From an uncultured bacterium (GTDB lineage Bacteria > Verrucomicrobiota > Verrucomicrobiia > Limisphaerales > UBA8199): a stretch of 64,000 nt of DNA. This document shows positions 43,676 through 53,616 of the stretch, in pieces (the first letter of the stretch is position 1; the number at the start of each line of letters is the position of its first letter). A program made the translations under genes and the position numbers. The stretch is from NCBI GenBank assembly GCA_963749495.1, contig CAVVMW010000004.1, positions 768,001 through 832,000 of the forward strand. The letters are read 5' to 3'. Below the pieces are notes generated by a model. The model made no database searches and was not told the DNA's origin. It saw only the letters and a program-made list of their open reading frames with translations.

Positions 43676-44036
43676 CTGGGAAGACCTCAGCCACCAGCTT
43701 CTCAGCTTGCCCCTTGGGCATGGAATCGTGGAACATGCGCCACGACGACTCCAATTGCAGCAACCGGCCGTGCAGTTCCTTGACCGCCGAGCGGTCTGGG
43801 AATTCCGGGTCGGAAACCGCGGCGTAGCAGAGTCTCGTAATCTGCAGCAGCCATTTGAGAGCTTGCCTGTGCTCGGCGAGGTCCTCAGCGGAGGGCTCTA
43901 CGAGAAGCAGGTGCTCACGTTCCCAGTTCAGAAAACAACTGCAGGTGTCGGACCACTCCATGACGCGCTCAATCGTCCACCGTCGCAGGTTTGGTATCTC
44001 AACCGCCGGGCTGGCCGCTGGTTCGCTGGTTGCCAT
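43665..44036 (-). CDS. Hypothetical helical protein, upstream partner of a coupled pair
   Basis: FLNWEREHLL..EPS.E.L.EH..ALKWLL..TR....SDPEFPDR..EL...L.QL..SW. Confidence 0.65.
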   Translation of the reverse strand: MATSEPAASPAVEIPNLRRWTIERVMEWSDTCSCFLNWEREHLLLVEPSAEDLAEHRQALKWLLQITRLCYAAVSDPEFPDRSAVKELHGRLLQLESSWRMFHDSMPKGQAEKLVAEVFPDER

Positions 44037-44123
44037 GGCTGGATCATACGCCGGTGTCGGGGCTGACTCAACCACAAGTTTCGTTTGAACCTTTTCTGGC
44101 TTTTGGCACTCCACTGGTTAGAA

Positions 44124-44269
44124 ATGCTGGTAGTGGCTGAACGCGACCCATTGCCCGTGGTGCAAGCCAGGGCCGGAGACCCGGCGGCCTGGGACACTCT
44201 GTTTGGCCGTTACCAATTGCCGCTGTATGTCTATGTGTTTGAAAACTGATGGAGGAGGAAGCTGGATGA
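44124..44269 (+). pseudogene. ECF sigma factor reduced to its two ends by internal deletion
   Basis: MLVVAERDPLPVVQARAGDPAAWDTLFGRYQLPLYVYVFE followed out of frame by KLMEEEAG*, which overlaps the next ATG. Confidence 0.75.
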
Positions 44270-44706
44270 AGACGCCGCGTGAAATCCTATTCGAACGCCA
44301 TCGGCAGGCCGAGCCGAGGCTCGAGGCCATCCGGCGGAAAGTGCTCGCTGCGTTCCCGGCCTCGGGGAGCGCGGAGGCCCTCCAACCGCGCCGGGGCGAG
44401 GGGCTGTTGATTCGGGCTGTGCTCAGAAAGGCCTGGCTGGAGCTCGTCTGGCCTTCCCGGCGCGCCTGGGCCGGCATGGCCGCGCTGTGGCTGGCGGTGG
44501 TGGCGGCAAACCTGGAAATGAACGCCAGGTTTCCGGCTTTGCCGGCGGCCCGGTCCGCGCCCGTCGGCGAACTCGCGCAGGCCTTCCAGGAGCAGCGGCG
44601 GTTGCTGGCCGAACTGCTTCCCCCCGTCAAGCCGCCGCCCCCCCAGGCCCCCCGGCCCAGCCCCCGCCCGCGCAGCGAGCGGCCCGCGGTTTTCAGGCCA
44701 TGCTAA
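44266..44706 (+). CDS. Single-TM protein, putative anti-sigma-like partner
   Basis: MKTPREILFERH..AEP.L..IR, W.EL.WP.RR.W.G.AA.W TM; coupled to the sigma remnant. Confidence 0.6.
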   Translation: MKTPREILFERHRQAEPRLEAIRRKVLAAFPASGSAEALQPRRGEGLLIRAVLRKAWLELVWPSRRAWAGMAALWLAVVAANLEMNARFPALPAARSAPVGELAQAFQEQRRLLAELLPPVKPPPPQAPRPSPRPRSERPAVFRPC

Positions 44707-44713
44707 GTAGTTG

Positions 44714-44994
44714 GACAATGTTAGATTTCCTCAGAAAAGTAGCCAGCGTGGTCAGTCTTGTCCCGGAGGGACACTTGACAATAGCCCAACGTTTCAACGT
44801 TGGGTTTAGCAGCCACGGAGGAATAAGTCCCGTAGGGACGGCTGAGGAGACGGTTGATTTCAGCCGTCCCTACGGGACTCATGATCATCTGGTCCGGGTG
44901 GACCCAACGTTGAAACGTTGGGCTATTCTCAGATGTCCCTCCGGGACAGGACTCGGGCGCGTTCAGCCGGTTTCCGAGGAAATCTAACATTGTC
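44714..44994. repeat. 281-bp nested palindromic element (REPIN/MITE-like)
   Basis: Outer IR GACAATGTTAGATTTCCTC, inner IRs AATAGCCCAACGTTTCAACGTTGGGT and AGTCCCGTAGGGACGGCTGA. Confidence 0.85.
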
Positions 44995-45003
44995 GGAGTG
45001 GTT

Positions 45004-46815
45004 ATGAACATGAACCCATCCAATTCTCCTTCCTCCCCTGCCCCCTCCAGGCCAGGCCGCTGGCGCGCAGCCCGGCGCCTCCTGGTGGCTGGCGCGGCAG
45101 CGGCGACGCTCATCGCTGTCTTCTATACGGTGGAAGACTGGCGCGGCAAGCGGGCCTGGGAGAATTGCCGGCGCGAACTGGAGGCCAAGGGTGAGGTGCT
45201 TGATTGGGCGGCGCACATTCCAGCGCCAGTGCCGGACGATCAGAATATTTTCAAAGCGCCGAAAATGCAGGAGTGGTTCGTCAAGGAATCCCCTTATAGC
45301 AAGACCTCCGGCGCAGTCCGGGACGCGGCGCTTCGGAATGCGCCAAGGCCCTTTATGGTTTTCCCACCCAAGGACACCTATCCGGTGGTGGCCGAGGTGA
45401 GAATCGCCGCTTCCAACGCGCCGGTCAATTCGCAACCGGGGGACGCGGTGTTGCGGTTCGACGACCCGGCGGCGCGGGAACAAGCGGCGAAACTGCTGCG
45501 GGATGCTCTTGGACCCTGTGCCGTGGGCGTCAAGTCCTGCTTCCTGGTCGCGCGCCCGTTGGATCAGATCAAGCCGCTGCGTTGGGTGCTGCAGGCCGAC
45601 ACCCTCCCAGGCATTAAGGAACTCACTGCCTTCCTGTCTGCAAACCCGATAAGCCATTGGGCGCCGGCCTGGTCTGAGAGCAGTTGCTGGCAAGTCGGGG
45701 CGGCCGGGAGCAACTTGTTTCACGTGTCGCCGGACCAGCGGGTCTATGCGGCAGCCGATTATCTTGCGTGGACGGAGCCGCTGCGGGCAGATTTTGACGT
45801 GGTGCGCAAGGCCCTGGAGCGTCCGTTTGCGCGGATAGACGGCGACTACGAGCAGCCTTTTCTGATTCCGATTCCAAATTTCGTCAGGATGCGGGACGTG
45901 GCGCAAACTCTCTCGCAGCGGGCTCAGTGTTGCCTGTTGCTCGGCCAGCCGGAGGCTGCGCGGCACGAACTGGCGCTGGTCCGCGACTCATGCCGGATCA
46001 TGGAGGTAAAACCGCCTGGCAAGCCGATGACGTTGGTCGCCGCCGTGATTGAGACGGCTGTCACCGGGCTGTATGTGGGCATCGTCCAGGACGGCCTGCG
46101 GCTGCACGCCTGGCGCGAGCCGCAACTGCTGGCCATCGAGCGGCAGCTCAAAGATACCGATCTGCTCTCGCCGCTTGTGGATGCCTTCCGGGCAGAGCGG
46201 GCGGCGAGTTGCCGCACTTTTGAAATCACGAAAACCCGCGAGCTGGCCAGGCTGTACAGCCTGGAGCGGTTTCCACGCGACCTGGGAGACGGGAGCAGGA
46301 ACCTACAGACCCTCCTTCTGACCTGGATGCCGCGCGGTTGGTACTATCAGAACATGGCGGTGGGCGCTGGGGTAATGCAGGAGTTCCTGGGCTGTGTTGA
46401 TCCGACAAACCAGCTCCTTCTGCCGCACCAGATTGACAAATATGACCGCGAACTGCAGGCCAGGTTCCAACACGGTTCGCCCTATACGTTTTTGGCTGCC
46501 CCTGGCGCTCCGAACTTCCTTCACGCCTTGCAAACGGTCGCGCAGAAGCAAACCCTGGTGAACCAGGCCCGGCTGGCCTGCGCGCTGGAGCGCTATCGCC
46601 TTGCCCAGGGGCACTATCCCGAATCTCTCGATGCGCTCACGCCCCGATTCATTGAGAAGCCCCCGCACGACCTCATCGGCGGCCAGCCTTTGAAGTATCG
46701 CCGCACCAATGGCGGAGGTTACCTGCTCTATTCCGTCGGCTGGGACGAAAAGGACAGCGGCGGCGTCCCCGGCAAGTCCAGGGAAGAGGGCGACTGGGTT
46801 TGGGAGCTTCGCTGA
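45004..46815 (+). CDS. Membrane-anchored hypothetical protein with pseudopilin-like C-terminal motif
   Basis: N-terminal TM + EDWRGKRAWE; ACALERYRLAQG.YPESLDAL.P...P.D...GQPL.YR..Y.LYSVGW..D.GG. Confidence 0.75.
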   Translation: MNMNPSNSPSSPAPSRPGRWRAARRLLVAGAAAATLIAVFYTVEDWRGKRAWENCRRELEAKGEVLDWAAHIPAPVPDDQNIFKAPKMQEWFVKESPYSKTSGAVRDAALRNAPRPFMVFPPKDTYPVVAEVRIAASNAPVNSQPGDAVLRFDDPAAREQAAKLLRDALGPCAVGVKSCFLVARPLDQIKPLRWVLQADTLPGIKELTAFLSANPISHWAPAWSESSCWQVGAAGSNLFHVSPDQRVYAAADYLAWTEPLRADFDVVRKALERPFARIDGDYEQPFLIPIPNFVRMRDVAQTLSQRAQCCLLLGQPEAARHELALVRDSCRIMEVKPPGKPMTLVAAVIETAVTGLYVGIVQDGLRLHAWREPQLLAIERQLKDTDLLSPLVDAFRAERAASCRTFEITKTRELARLYSLERFPRDLGDGSRNLQTLLLTWMPRGWYYQNMAVGAGVMQEFLGCVDPTNQLLLPHQIDKYDRELQARFQHGSPYTFLAAPGAPNFLHALQTVAQKQTLVNQARLACALERYRLAQGHYPESLDALTPRFIEKPPHDLIGGQPLKYRRTNGGGYLLYSVGWDEKDSGGVPGKSREEGDWVWELR

Positions 46816-47167
46816 AGGCGAACCACGGCATGTGCCGCGCGGACTGCCCGAGGACATCGAATTCCAACTCTTGCTCAAGGGCCAGGTCTGGGCTCGTGGC
46901 AAGAACCTGGTCCTTGGAGCCGGCGAGAAAACCGAAGTGTCTCCCGATTTCGAGTGGCCGGAGATTCCCCGCACGGCTTAGAATTGACCTTCCATTGGAA
47001 GGCCCGGCCCACCCATCGGCCAGGTCCAACAGCAGGAAACCAAGGATCAGAGCGGGCCGTGCGGCGATGGAGCCAGAGGGCGTGCCTGCAATTGTGAATA
47101 ACTTTTAACCTGTTCGACACCGGATCGTCAAAATCCCCTTGCAGACTTCCTTCGAGTGTCAGTGCTT

Positions 47168-49208
47168 ATGAAGAAAGTCTTGATCCTGACGGCCGGCTTC
47201 GGCGACGGCCATAACGCGGCCGCGCGCAACCTCCGCGACGCGCTTGAACTTGTCACCGACGAGGCCAAGGTCGAGGTGCTCGACTTGTTCGAGTCCACGT
47301 ACGGCGTGATCAACACGCTGCTCAAACAGGGCTACCAGGGCCTGGTGCGCTATGCCCCCGGGGTCTGGTCCGGGGTCTTTTCGATGCTGGACACGCCCGG
47401 ACTGTTTCGTCGGCAGATGGACATGATGGGCCGGCTGCGCCAGGGCCTGGCCCGCGTGTTGCACGAGACCGAGCCGGACGTCGTGGTCTCCACCTACCCG
47501 GTCTATGCCCATCTCATCCAGGACATTTACCGGGAGCACGCCGAGCGGCCGTTTCGCTTGATTACCGTCATCACCGATTCCATTAGCATCTGCTCCGCCT
47601 GGTACCGCGCCTTGAGCGATCTTTTCATCGTGGCCAATGCGCCCACCGCCGCTGTGCTGCTGCGCGAGGGCATTCCCGCAGACCGCATCGAGACCCTCGG
47701 GTTTCCGGTCAGTCCCCTGTTCGCCCGCGAGCGCCTGGATCCCGCGCCGGCGAAATACCACTGGGATAGCCGGGAGGTCCTCCATGTCATCAACACCGGC
47801 AAGGCCAAGGCCGGCAAGGCCATCGAACGGCTGCTGGAGATCCCGAGGTTGAACTTGACGATCACTGTCGGGCGCGATGCCTCGCTCAAGGCCAAATTGG
47901 TGCATCGCCTGCGCGGCTACGGCGCGCGCGTGCGCATTTACGGCTGGACCAACCAGATGCCCAGGCTGCTCATGTCTCACCACCTGGTCATCGGCAAGGC
48001 CGGGGGCGCCCTGGTCCAGGAGGCCATTGCCGCCCGCTGCCCCATCGTCGTCAACCAAGTCATCCCCGGACAGGAGGAAGGCAATGCCAGGCTGGTCGAG
48101 ACCCTCGGCATCGGGGCCGTGGCGCACGGCCGGCGGGAGCTGCGGGAAATCGTGGAAGAGGCCTTCGCCCACCAGGGCCGCCAATGGCTGCACTGGCGCA
48201 AGAACCTCGAGAAAGTCAGCAGGCCGGACGCCGCCCTGCGCATCGCCGAACTCATCCTCAGAGAGAGCGGAGAGGACCCGGGAGCGCCCCGGCCCTTGAG
48301 ACTCTTCGAGGGCCTGGAGCGCGGACGTTCTTGTCCGGGGGCGCGGACATTGTTGAGCGCCAACTGTGGCGGGGCGCCCGAAGCGGCTTCGCCTGCCCTG
48401 GCTAGGGCCTGGCGCGTCCAGTTGTGCGATTTCCACGTTCACACCAATTATTCCGACGGACGGCTGACACTGCCCGAGGTCATTGATTTCTACGGCCGGC
48501 GCGGGTTCGATTGTATCTGCATCACCGATCATGTCACCGACCCCCGCCGGCTGCTGGGAAAGTTCTGCGAGTTGCTCAATTTCACCATAGCCGCTGACCA
48601 ATTGAACGAATACTTCGACATGCTCGATCAGGAGCGGAGGCGCGCCTGGCGCAAGTACGACATGCTGGTCATGACCGGCCTGGAGTTCAACAAGGAAGGC
48701 TTCACGAAAAAGACCTCCGGCCATCTCCTGGGCATCGATCTCAAGGGGCCCATCGCCCCTTCGCTCGACTTTGTCGAGACCATCGCTCACATCCACAGCC
48801 AGGGCGGCCTGGCGGTGGCGGCGCACCCGCACGTGATGAAAAGCGAGTGGGGCAAGAACACCCTGTTCCTTTGGGAAAACCAGGATGTGTTCGCGCCCAT
48901 CATTGAATGCCTGGGAGATAGCCAATCGCAACAATATCTTCACCCCGGTAGGTCTCAAGCGCCTGGCCTACCTGGCCAATAGCGATTTCCACAAACCCAA
49001 ACACATCTACTCCTGGAAGACCCTTCTCCAGTGCGAGAAAGACCCGGAAGCCATCAAAAAGTGCATCCGCGAGAATGAGCGGATTTCGCTGACACTCTAC
49101 CGTGACGGTCTGGCCGCCGAAACGCTGCGCGCCCAGCCGCCCGCCGTCGAAGCCTTCCCGGCCGAGGCTCCGCCCCCGGATTTCGCGGTCGCCCGCGCCT
49201 CTGGGTGA
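47168..49208 (+). CDS. MGDG-synthase/UgtP-like GT28 glycosyltransferase fused to a PHP domain; apparent frameshift at ~48905
   Basis: ILTAGFGDGHNAAA, VVSTYP, ITD, GKAGG..E, PGQEEGN; CDFHVHTNYSDG, ITDH, GLE, AHPH, ANSDFH. Confidence 0.85.
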
Positions 49209-49212
49209 ACCT
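49162..49212 (+). repeat. 51-bp imperfect direct repeat of the GT-PHP 3' end (copy 2 at 50293-50343)
   Basis: ccgaggctcYgcccccggatttcgcggtcg...gg.tgaacct on both sides of the phosphatase gene. Confidence 0.75.
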
Positions 49213-49297
49213 CCGAGAATAGCCCACGCTCAGCCGTAATCACATAATCTCCTTCGGGTTCCGCGGCGGGGCGAACCACGCTACGGGTTGATCCCAT

Positions 49298-50140
49298 TCA
49301 CGGCCAGTATAGGCGATAAAAGCGACTGGGAAAATTTGTCCACTGGGGATCGCTGAAATAAAACGAGCCGCTCGCGAGGGTGTTCGTGGCCAGCGGAGAC
49401 CAGTTGGGATTGGCCAGATTCGTGCTGGCCTTAACCACGACAACAAGATTGGATGTGCCGGTGATGGTGAAGCCGAACTGATTGGTCCGAACGCCAGGGC
49501 TGGCATAGCTGGTTTGCATCTGGGGGCAATCATAACTCAAGTTATTCAATCCCTCGTGATCGATTGCAAAAGCAACTGATTCCTGACCTTGCTCGCGAGT
49601 GATCTGGATTAGGAAAATGCTGTCATAATCATTGGGCGGCCAGGCAGGAACCTGTGTCGGGTCTCCGCCATAGGTGTTGACTATGTCTTGCGCAAAAGTG
49701 TCGAGATAAAGATGCTCCCAGGCGATATAAATGGTGGCATTTTGGTAAATATCCTTTTGAAGCTCCTGCTCGAGCTCATTGATTTGTGCGTAGCCGAACT
49801 GCGTGTTGACTGGAAGCCCGCAATAAATGGCGGTGGGCTCAATCGTCATCAGTGGACGGAGATAATAGTAGTCATTCCCATTCTCGTTTATGGTTTGGGT
49901 GGGGTTTGGCGCAAACACAAACTGCGGGCTTGCATATTTCGCGAGCAACACTTTGGGCAAGGCCAGTGCGCGATTGAGACCTTGGCAAGTCAGTTGTCCA
50001 AGCCCTCCGGGTGGTTTTTCACCATGGCGAATGCAGACCAGTGTTTCCACAGCCCCCGGCGGAGGGGCCGAGTTTGTTTGTCCGTTAACAGGAGCGGAAA
50101 GCGCAAACCCGGTGCAAAGCATCATGAACAGTGTTTTCAT
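49298..50140 (-). CDS. Secreted histidine-phosphatase-like protein with RFYR C-terminal domain
   Basis: IRHGEKP, G..RA.AL, RP.MTIEP, AWEH; ends YFSDPQWTNFPSRFYRLYWP. Confidence 0.85.
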   Translation of the reverse strand: MKTLFMMLCTGFALSAPVNGQTNSAPPPGAVETLVCIRHGEKPPGGLGQLTCQGLNRALALPKVLLAKYASPQFVFAPNPTQTINENGNDYYYLRPLMTIEPTAIYCGLPVNTQFGYAQINELEQELQKDIYQNATIYIAWEHLYLDTFAQDIVNTYGGDPTQVPAWPPNDYDSIFLIQITREQGQESVAFAIDHEGLNNLSYDCPQMQTSYASPGVRTNQFGFTITGTSNLVVVVKASTNLANPNWSPLATNTLASGSFYFSDPQWTNFPSRFYRLYWP

Positions 50141-50382
50141 CAGAACAGTGCGGGTCACATCACAACATTTGACATTTGCCTCGTCCAGAGTCGCCCCGAG
50201 TCTAGTGCGTCTCCGCCATCTGTCAAGTTCTTTACTGCCTGGGCGGGCGTTGAAGGGGCACTGCACCCGGTCAGGCGAGCCTGTTGTCGCGCCCGAGGCT
50301 CTGCCCCCGGATTTCGCGGTCGGCTGCGCGCCCGGTTGAACCTGCGAAAAGAGGGCAAGCATCCGGGATCGAAGATGGTTGA

Positions 50383-50664
50383 GTGCTGGCGTTGAAACCC
50401 TGGAAGAAAATGCCAGTGGCTGTGCTGCGTTCCACAGATGCTGACGTGGCCGTCTTAGTGGCGCCACAAGTTCTGACGCCAACATTCAAGATACTATACG
50501 GCATGGGCCATGCGGCCCTCGGCCAGGAGGTTTTTTTTCTGGGCTTCCCCTACATGCTGTCCACAGAGGCGCCGGGAGACGTGAACTACGGGTTCCCGAT
50601 GCCGTTTATCAAAAGAGGAACCCTGTCTGCATGGCACAAGGGGCAGCCAAAGGAACTGTCATAA
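50383..50664 (+). pseudogene. Internal fragment of a trypsin-like serine protease
   Basis: ADVAVL..., LGQEVFFLGFPY, PMPFIKRGTLSA; no GxSG catalytic motif. Confidence 0.5.
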
Positions 50665-50827
50665 ATCTCATGCCCTCTGCCACCAAGCCCTCCGGTTGCA
50701 GCTCTGCCGCCTCCTGCGCCGCCTCCGCAAGGTGGCGCGCCCCAGCCCAAGCGCTCCCCTGCTCCACGGCATGAACGACCGGACGGAACGACCACATTGT
50801 CCAGACGATCCGGTCGGTCTGAGTCCC

Positions 50828-51126
50828 CGGCCCAAAGGGCCGGCAGAGCCTAGCCCAGGGCTGAGGCCGCCAGGCCGATGCCCTGGGAACATGCCTCCAA
50901 GATTAGGCGCGCCCTGAAAGAATTCCCCGAACGAATTCGCGCTTTGCGCCCCTGAACTTCGACACTGTGTTCCCGTCCCGCGAAGCGTTTTGGACTGCGG
51001 CAGTCCAAAACCTGGCGGGCTTCGGCGGTTCATGGAAAGGGCGCAGGGCCCGGGTTTGTGGCGAGACCCAGGGCATCGGCCTGACGGCCTCAGCCCTGGG
51101 CTAGGTTCCGGCGGCCCGTTGGGCCG
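50828..51126. repeat. REPIN-like doublet, AGCCCAGGGCTGAGGCC family, copy 1
   Basis: ~90-bp arms inverted (50828-50920 / 51038-51126); same arms at 56194-56554. Confidence 0.85.
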
Positions 51127-51221
51127 CGAGGCATAGCGGGAAAGGCGGCACCGGCTCAGTAGCCCGAAGGGCTTGTTATCACTCAGCCCAGGGGTTAGAA
51201 AGCTACGGTCACCTCTCAAAA

Positions 51222-51464
51222 TCAATCCTGGAGGTAGGGGGGCAGTTCAATACCCTTGAATCGCTTCAGATGGTCCACGAGTGAGAGACGCCGCCGGGGT
51301 GGTTTCCCAAGCCGGCTGCGCAGCGCTGGAAGGCCCAGCTTGAGCGACTGCCGGATGACGTCCGCCTGGCTCAGACCGGTTTCTGCGGCCGTGGCCGCCA
51401 AGTCCCGGGAGAGTTCGCGGGAGCCGGGCACCGGAATGGTCGTGTGCGAATTAGAGCGTTTCAC
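51222..51464 (-). CDS. Solo ribbon-helix-helix/CopG-like antitoxin-like protein
   Basis: TTIPVP..ELSRDL..TA.ETGLSQADVIRQSLKLGLP.L. Confidence 0.55.
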   Translation of the reverse strand: MKRSNSHTTIPVPGSRELSRDLAATAAETGLSQADVIRQSLKLGLPALRSRLGKPPRRRLSLVDHLKRFKGIELPPYLQD

Positions 51465-51630
51465 AGAGAAACTCTCACTGATCCGCCCACTGCCGGCAAG
51501 CATATCTGTTTCCATCAATCGCCTGTTGCTTTTAGCGGCCAACCCGGTATAAATCGCGCGGTGACCGCAGGTCCCACCAATAGCCATGCCCATCACGCCC
51601 GGTCAACGCAACAAGCGGCGCTCTGCCGAC

Positions 51631-52620
51631 ATGAACCACGTTGAACGGTTCCGGGCAGTCCTCAACTTTCAGCCGGTGGACCGGCTGCCGCGATGGGAAT
51701 GGGCGATGTGGTGGGACGAGACGATCAAGCGCTGGCACGGCGAGGGCCTGCCTCGCAGGCTCCAGTTCAACCAGGTCTTCGACATCGCCCGCTACTTCGG
51801 CCTCGATCCCTACCAGCAATTCTGGTTCAGCACGACCGACCCGACCATCGAAGCCACGCAGCACCACGTCCAAGGCATCGTGGCCGGCATGGCCGATTAC
51901 CTGCGCATTCGGCCGGACCTCTTTCCCTGTCACAAGGCGGCCATCGAAGCGATGGCGCCTTGGGCCCGGCGCCAGCGCCGCGGCGAAGCCGTCGTGTGGT
52001 GTACGCTCGAGGGTTTCTTCTGGTTCCCTCGCACCCTCATGGGTTTCCAAAACCTCATGTATGCCTTTTCCGACCAACCCGAGCTGCTCCATCGGATCAA
52101 TGGCGACCTGCTCGACTTCAATCTGGGCCTGCTCGAGGGCATCTTCGAGGTCTGCGTGCCCACGTTCATGACTATCGCGGAAGACATGTCTTACAACCAT
52201 GGCCCGATGATCTCGAGGCGGACCTTCGACGAGTTTGTCGCGCCGTACTATCGCCAGCTTGTGCCGCGCCTGCTGGAGCGGGGTGTGACGCCGATTGTGG
52301 ATACGGACGGCGACGTGACGCTGCTCGTGCCGTGGCTGGCCGATGTGGGAGTCAACGGCGTGCTGCCGCTGGAGCGCCAGGCGCGCGTGGATGGCCTGAA
52401 GCTGCGCCAACGCTACCCGCGGCTGCTGATGATAGGCCACTTCGACAAGATGACCATGAACCGGGGCGAGGCCGCGATGCGCGCCGAATTCGCGCGGCTG
52501 GTCCCGCTCATGAAAACCGGCGGGTTCATCCCCAGCGTGGACCACCAGACGCCGCCGGGTGTTTCGCTCGACGAGTATCGCCTCTATTTGCGGTTGCTGG
52601 ACGAATATGTGCGGATGTGA
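51631..52620 (+). CDS. Uroporphyrinogen decarboxylase-family (MtaA/CmuA-like) protein
   Basis: ERF.AVLNFQPVDRLP, R.LMG, EDMSYNHGPMISRR.F.EF..PYY, DTDG, GGFIPSVDHQTPP. Confidence 0.9.
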   Translation: MNHVERFRAVLNFQPVDRLPRWEWAMWWDETIKRWHGEGLPRRLQFNQVFDIARYFGLDPYQQFWFSTTDPTIEATQHHVQGIVAGMADYLRIRPDLFPCHKAAIEAMAPWARRQRRGEAVVWCTLEGFFWFPRTLMGFQNLMYAFSDQPELLHRINGDLLDFNLGLLEGIFEVCVPTFMTIAEDMSYNHGPMISRRTFDEFVAPYYRQLVPRLLERGVTPIVDTDGDVTLLVPWLADVGVNGVLPLERQARVDGLKLRQRYPRLLMIGHFDKMTMNRGEAAMRAEFARLVPLMKTGGFIPSVDHQTPPGVSLDEYRLYLRLLDEYVRM

Positions 52621-52665
52621 ACACCGGCGGGGCGCGATTTTGTTCTTCCACTCGGCGCCCGCTCG

Positions 52666-52682
52666 TGCTAGCATTGTTAGCA
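52666..52682 (+). promoter_or_regulatory. Palindromic operator upstream of the FitA-like antitoxin
   Basis: TGCTAGCA-T-TGTTAGCA, similar to FitAB half-sites. Confidence 0.5.
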
Positions 52683-52702
52683 GAATTGAGCATCGAACCG
52701 TT

Positions 52703-52939
52703 ATGCCCCAACTCCTGGTCAGACAAATCGAAGAAAAAGTCGTGCGCAGGCTCAAAGAGCAGGCGGGCCGGCGCGGGGTCTCGATGGAGGAAGAGCACCG
52801 TCGCATCCTGCGTGAGGCGCTGCTCGGGCCGCCCCGGAAGAAGCGTTCGTTCAAGGAATTCTTGCTCGCGATGCCGAACGTGGGCGAGGACAGGGATTTT
52901 GAGCGTGGAAGGCAGATCGAGCGTCCGGCGGAGCTATGA
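52703..52939 (+). CDS. FitA-like (Arc/RHH) antitoxin
   Basis: MPQLLVRQIEEKVVRRLKEQAGRRGVSMEEEHRRILREAL. Confidence 0.88.
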   Translation: MPQLLVRQIEEKVVRRLKEQAGRRGVSMEEEHRRILREALLGPPRKKRSFKEFLLAMPNVGEDRDFERGRQIERPAEL

Positions 52940-53370
52940 GCGGCTTTCTGCTCGACACGAACGTCCTGCGCGAGCTCCGCAAAGCCAGGCGCTGTGATGC
53001 CGGCGTGCGGGACTGGATTCAAAACGCGGCCGCCGAAGAGCTGTTTGTGAGCGTGATGGCGCTGGGGGAGATCCGGCGCGGGATTGAGCATATCCACATT
53101 CGCGACCCGGACCAGGCGCGAGCCCTGGAGAAATGGTTGCAAAGCCTCAAGACCGAGTTTGCCGACCGTATCCTGCCCGTGGACGAACGGGTGGCCGACC
53201 AGTGGGGCCGCCTCGGCTTGCAGCATCCGGCCCCGGTCCTCGACGCCTTTCTGGCGGCGACGGCCTTGGTGTATGACCTGACCGTCGTCAGCCGGGATGA
53301 AGGCGGCTTTCGAAACGCCGGCGTGCCGTTTATCAATCCATTTTCCGAACGCAAACCCGCAGGGAACTAA
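52936..53370 (+). CDS. vapC: VapC-family PIN toxin
   Basis: FLLDTNVL.EL, GEIRRG, D.FLAATA....L.VVSRD..F. Confidence 0.92.
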   Translation: MSGFLLDTNVLRELRKARRCDAGVRDWIQNAAAEELFVSVMALGEIRRGIEHIHIRDPDQARALEKWLQSLKTEFADRILPVDERVADQWGRLGLQHPAPVLDAFLAATALVYDLTVVSRDEGGFRNAGVPFINPFSERKPAGN

Positions 53371-53485
53371 ATGGCGGAGCACCTGTGCGCGGGCAGCCGA
53401 GGGAACCTGGCTTGGCTTCCGAGCCGCCGAGGCAGGCGTTGGCCCCGTCGGAGCCTGCACCCCCGGATGCCCGGTTCCGCTTTGG

Positions 53486-53556
53486 AACAGAAGGAAACGA
53501 AGGGAACAAAGGAAACGAAGGCCAACTATTTTACTCGTCTTCGTTGCCTTCTTTTT
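53486..53556. repeat. AACAG(A/G)AGGAAAC-type repeat, copy 4
   Basis: aacagaaggaaacgaagggaacaaaggaaacgaag...cttcgttgccttc. Confidence 0.55.
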
Positions 53557-53616
53557 GGACGTGCGGCGTACTCCAGGGCGCACGCCGCTTGCCGGACGTT
53601 GTCCGCGCCTCAGAAC

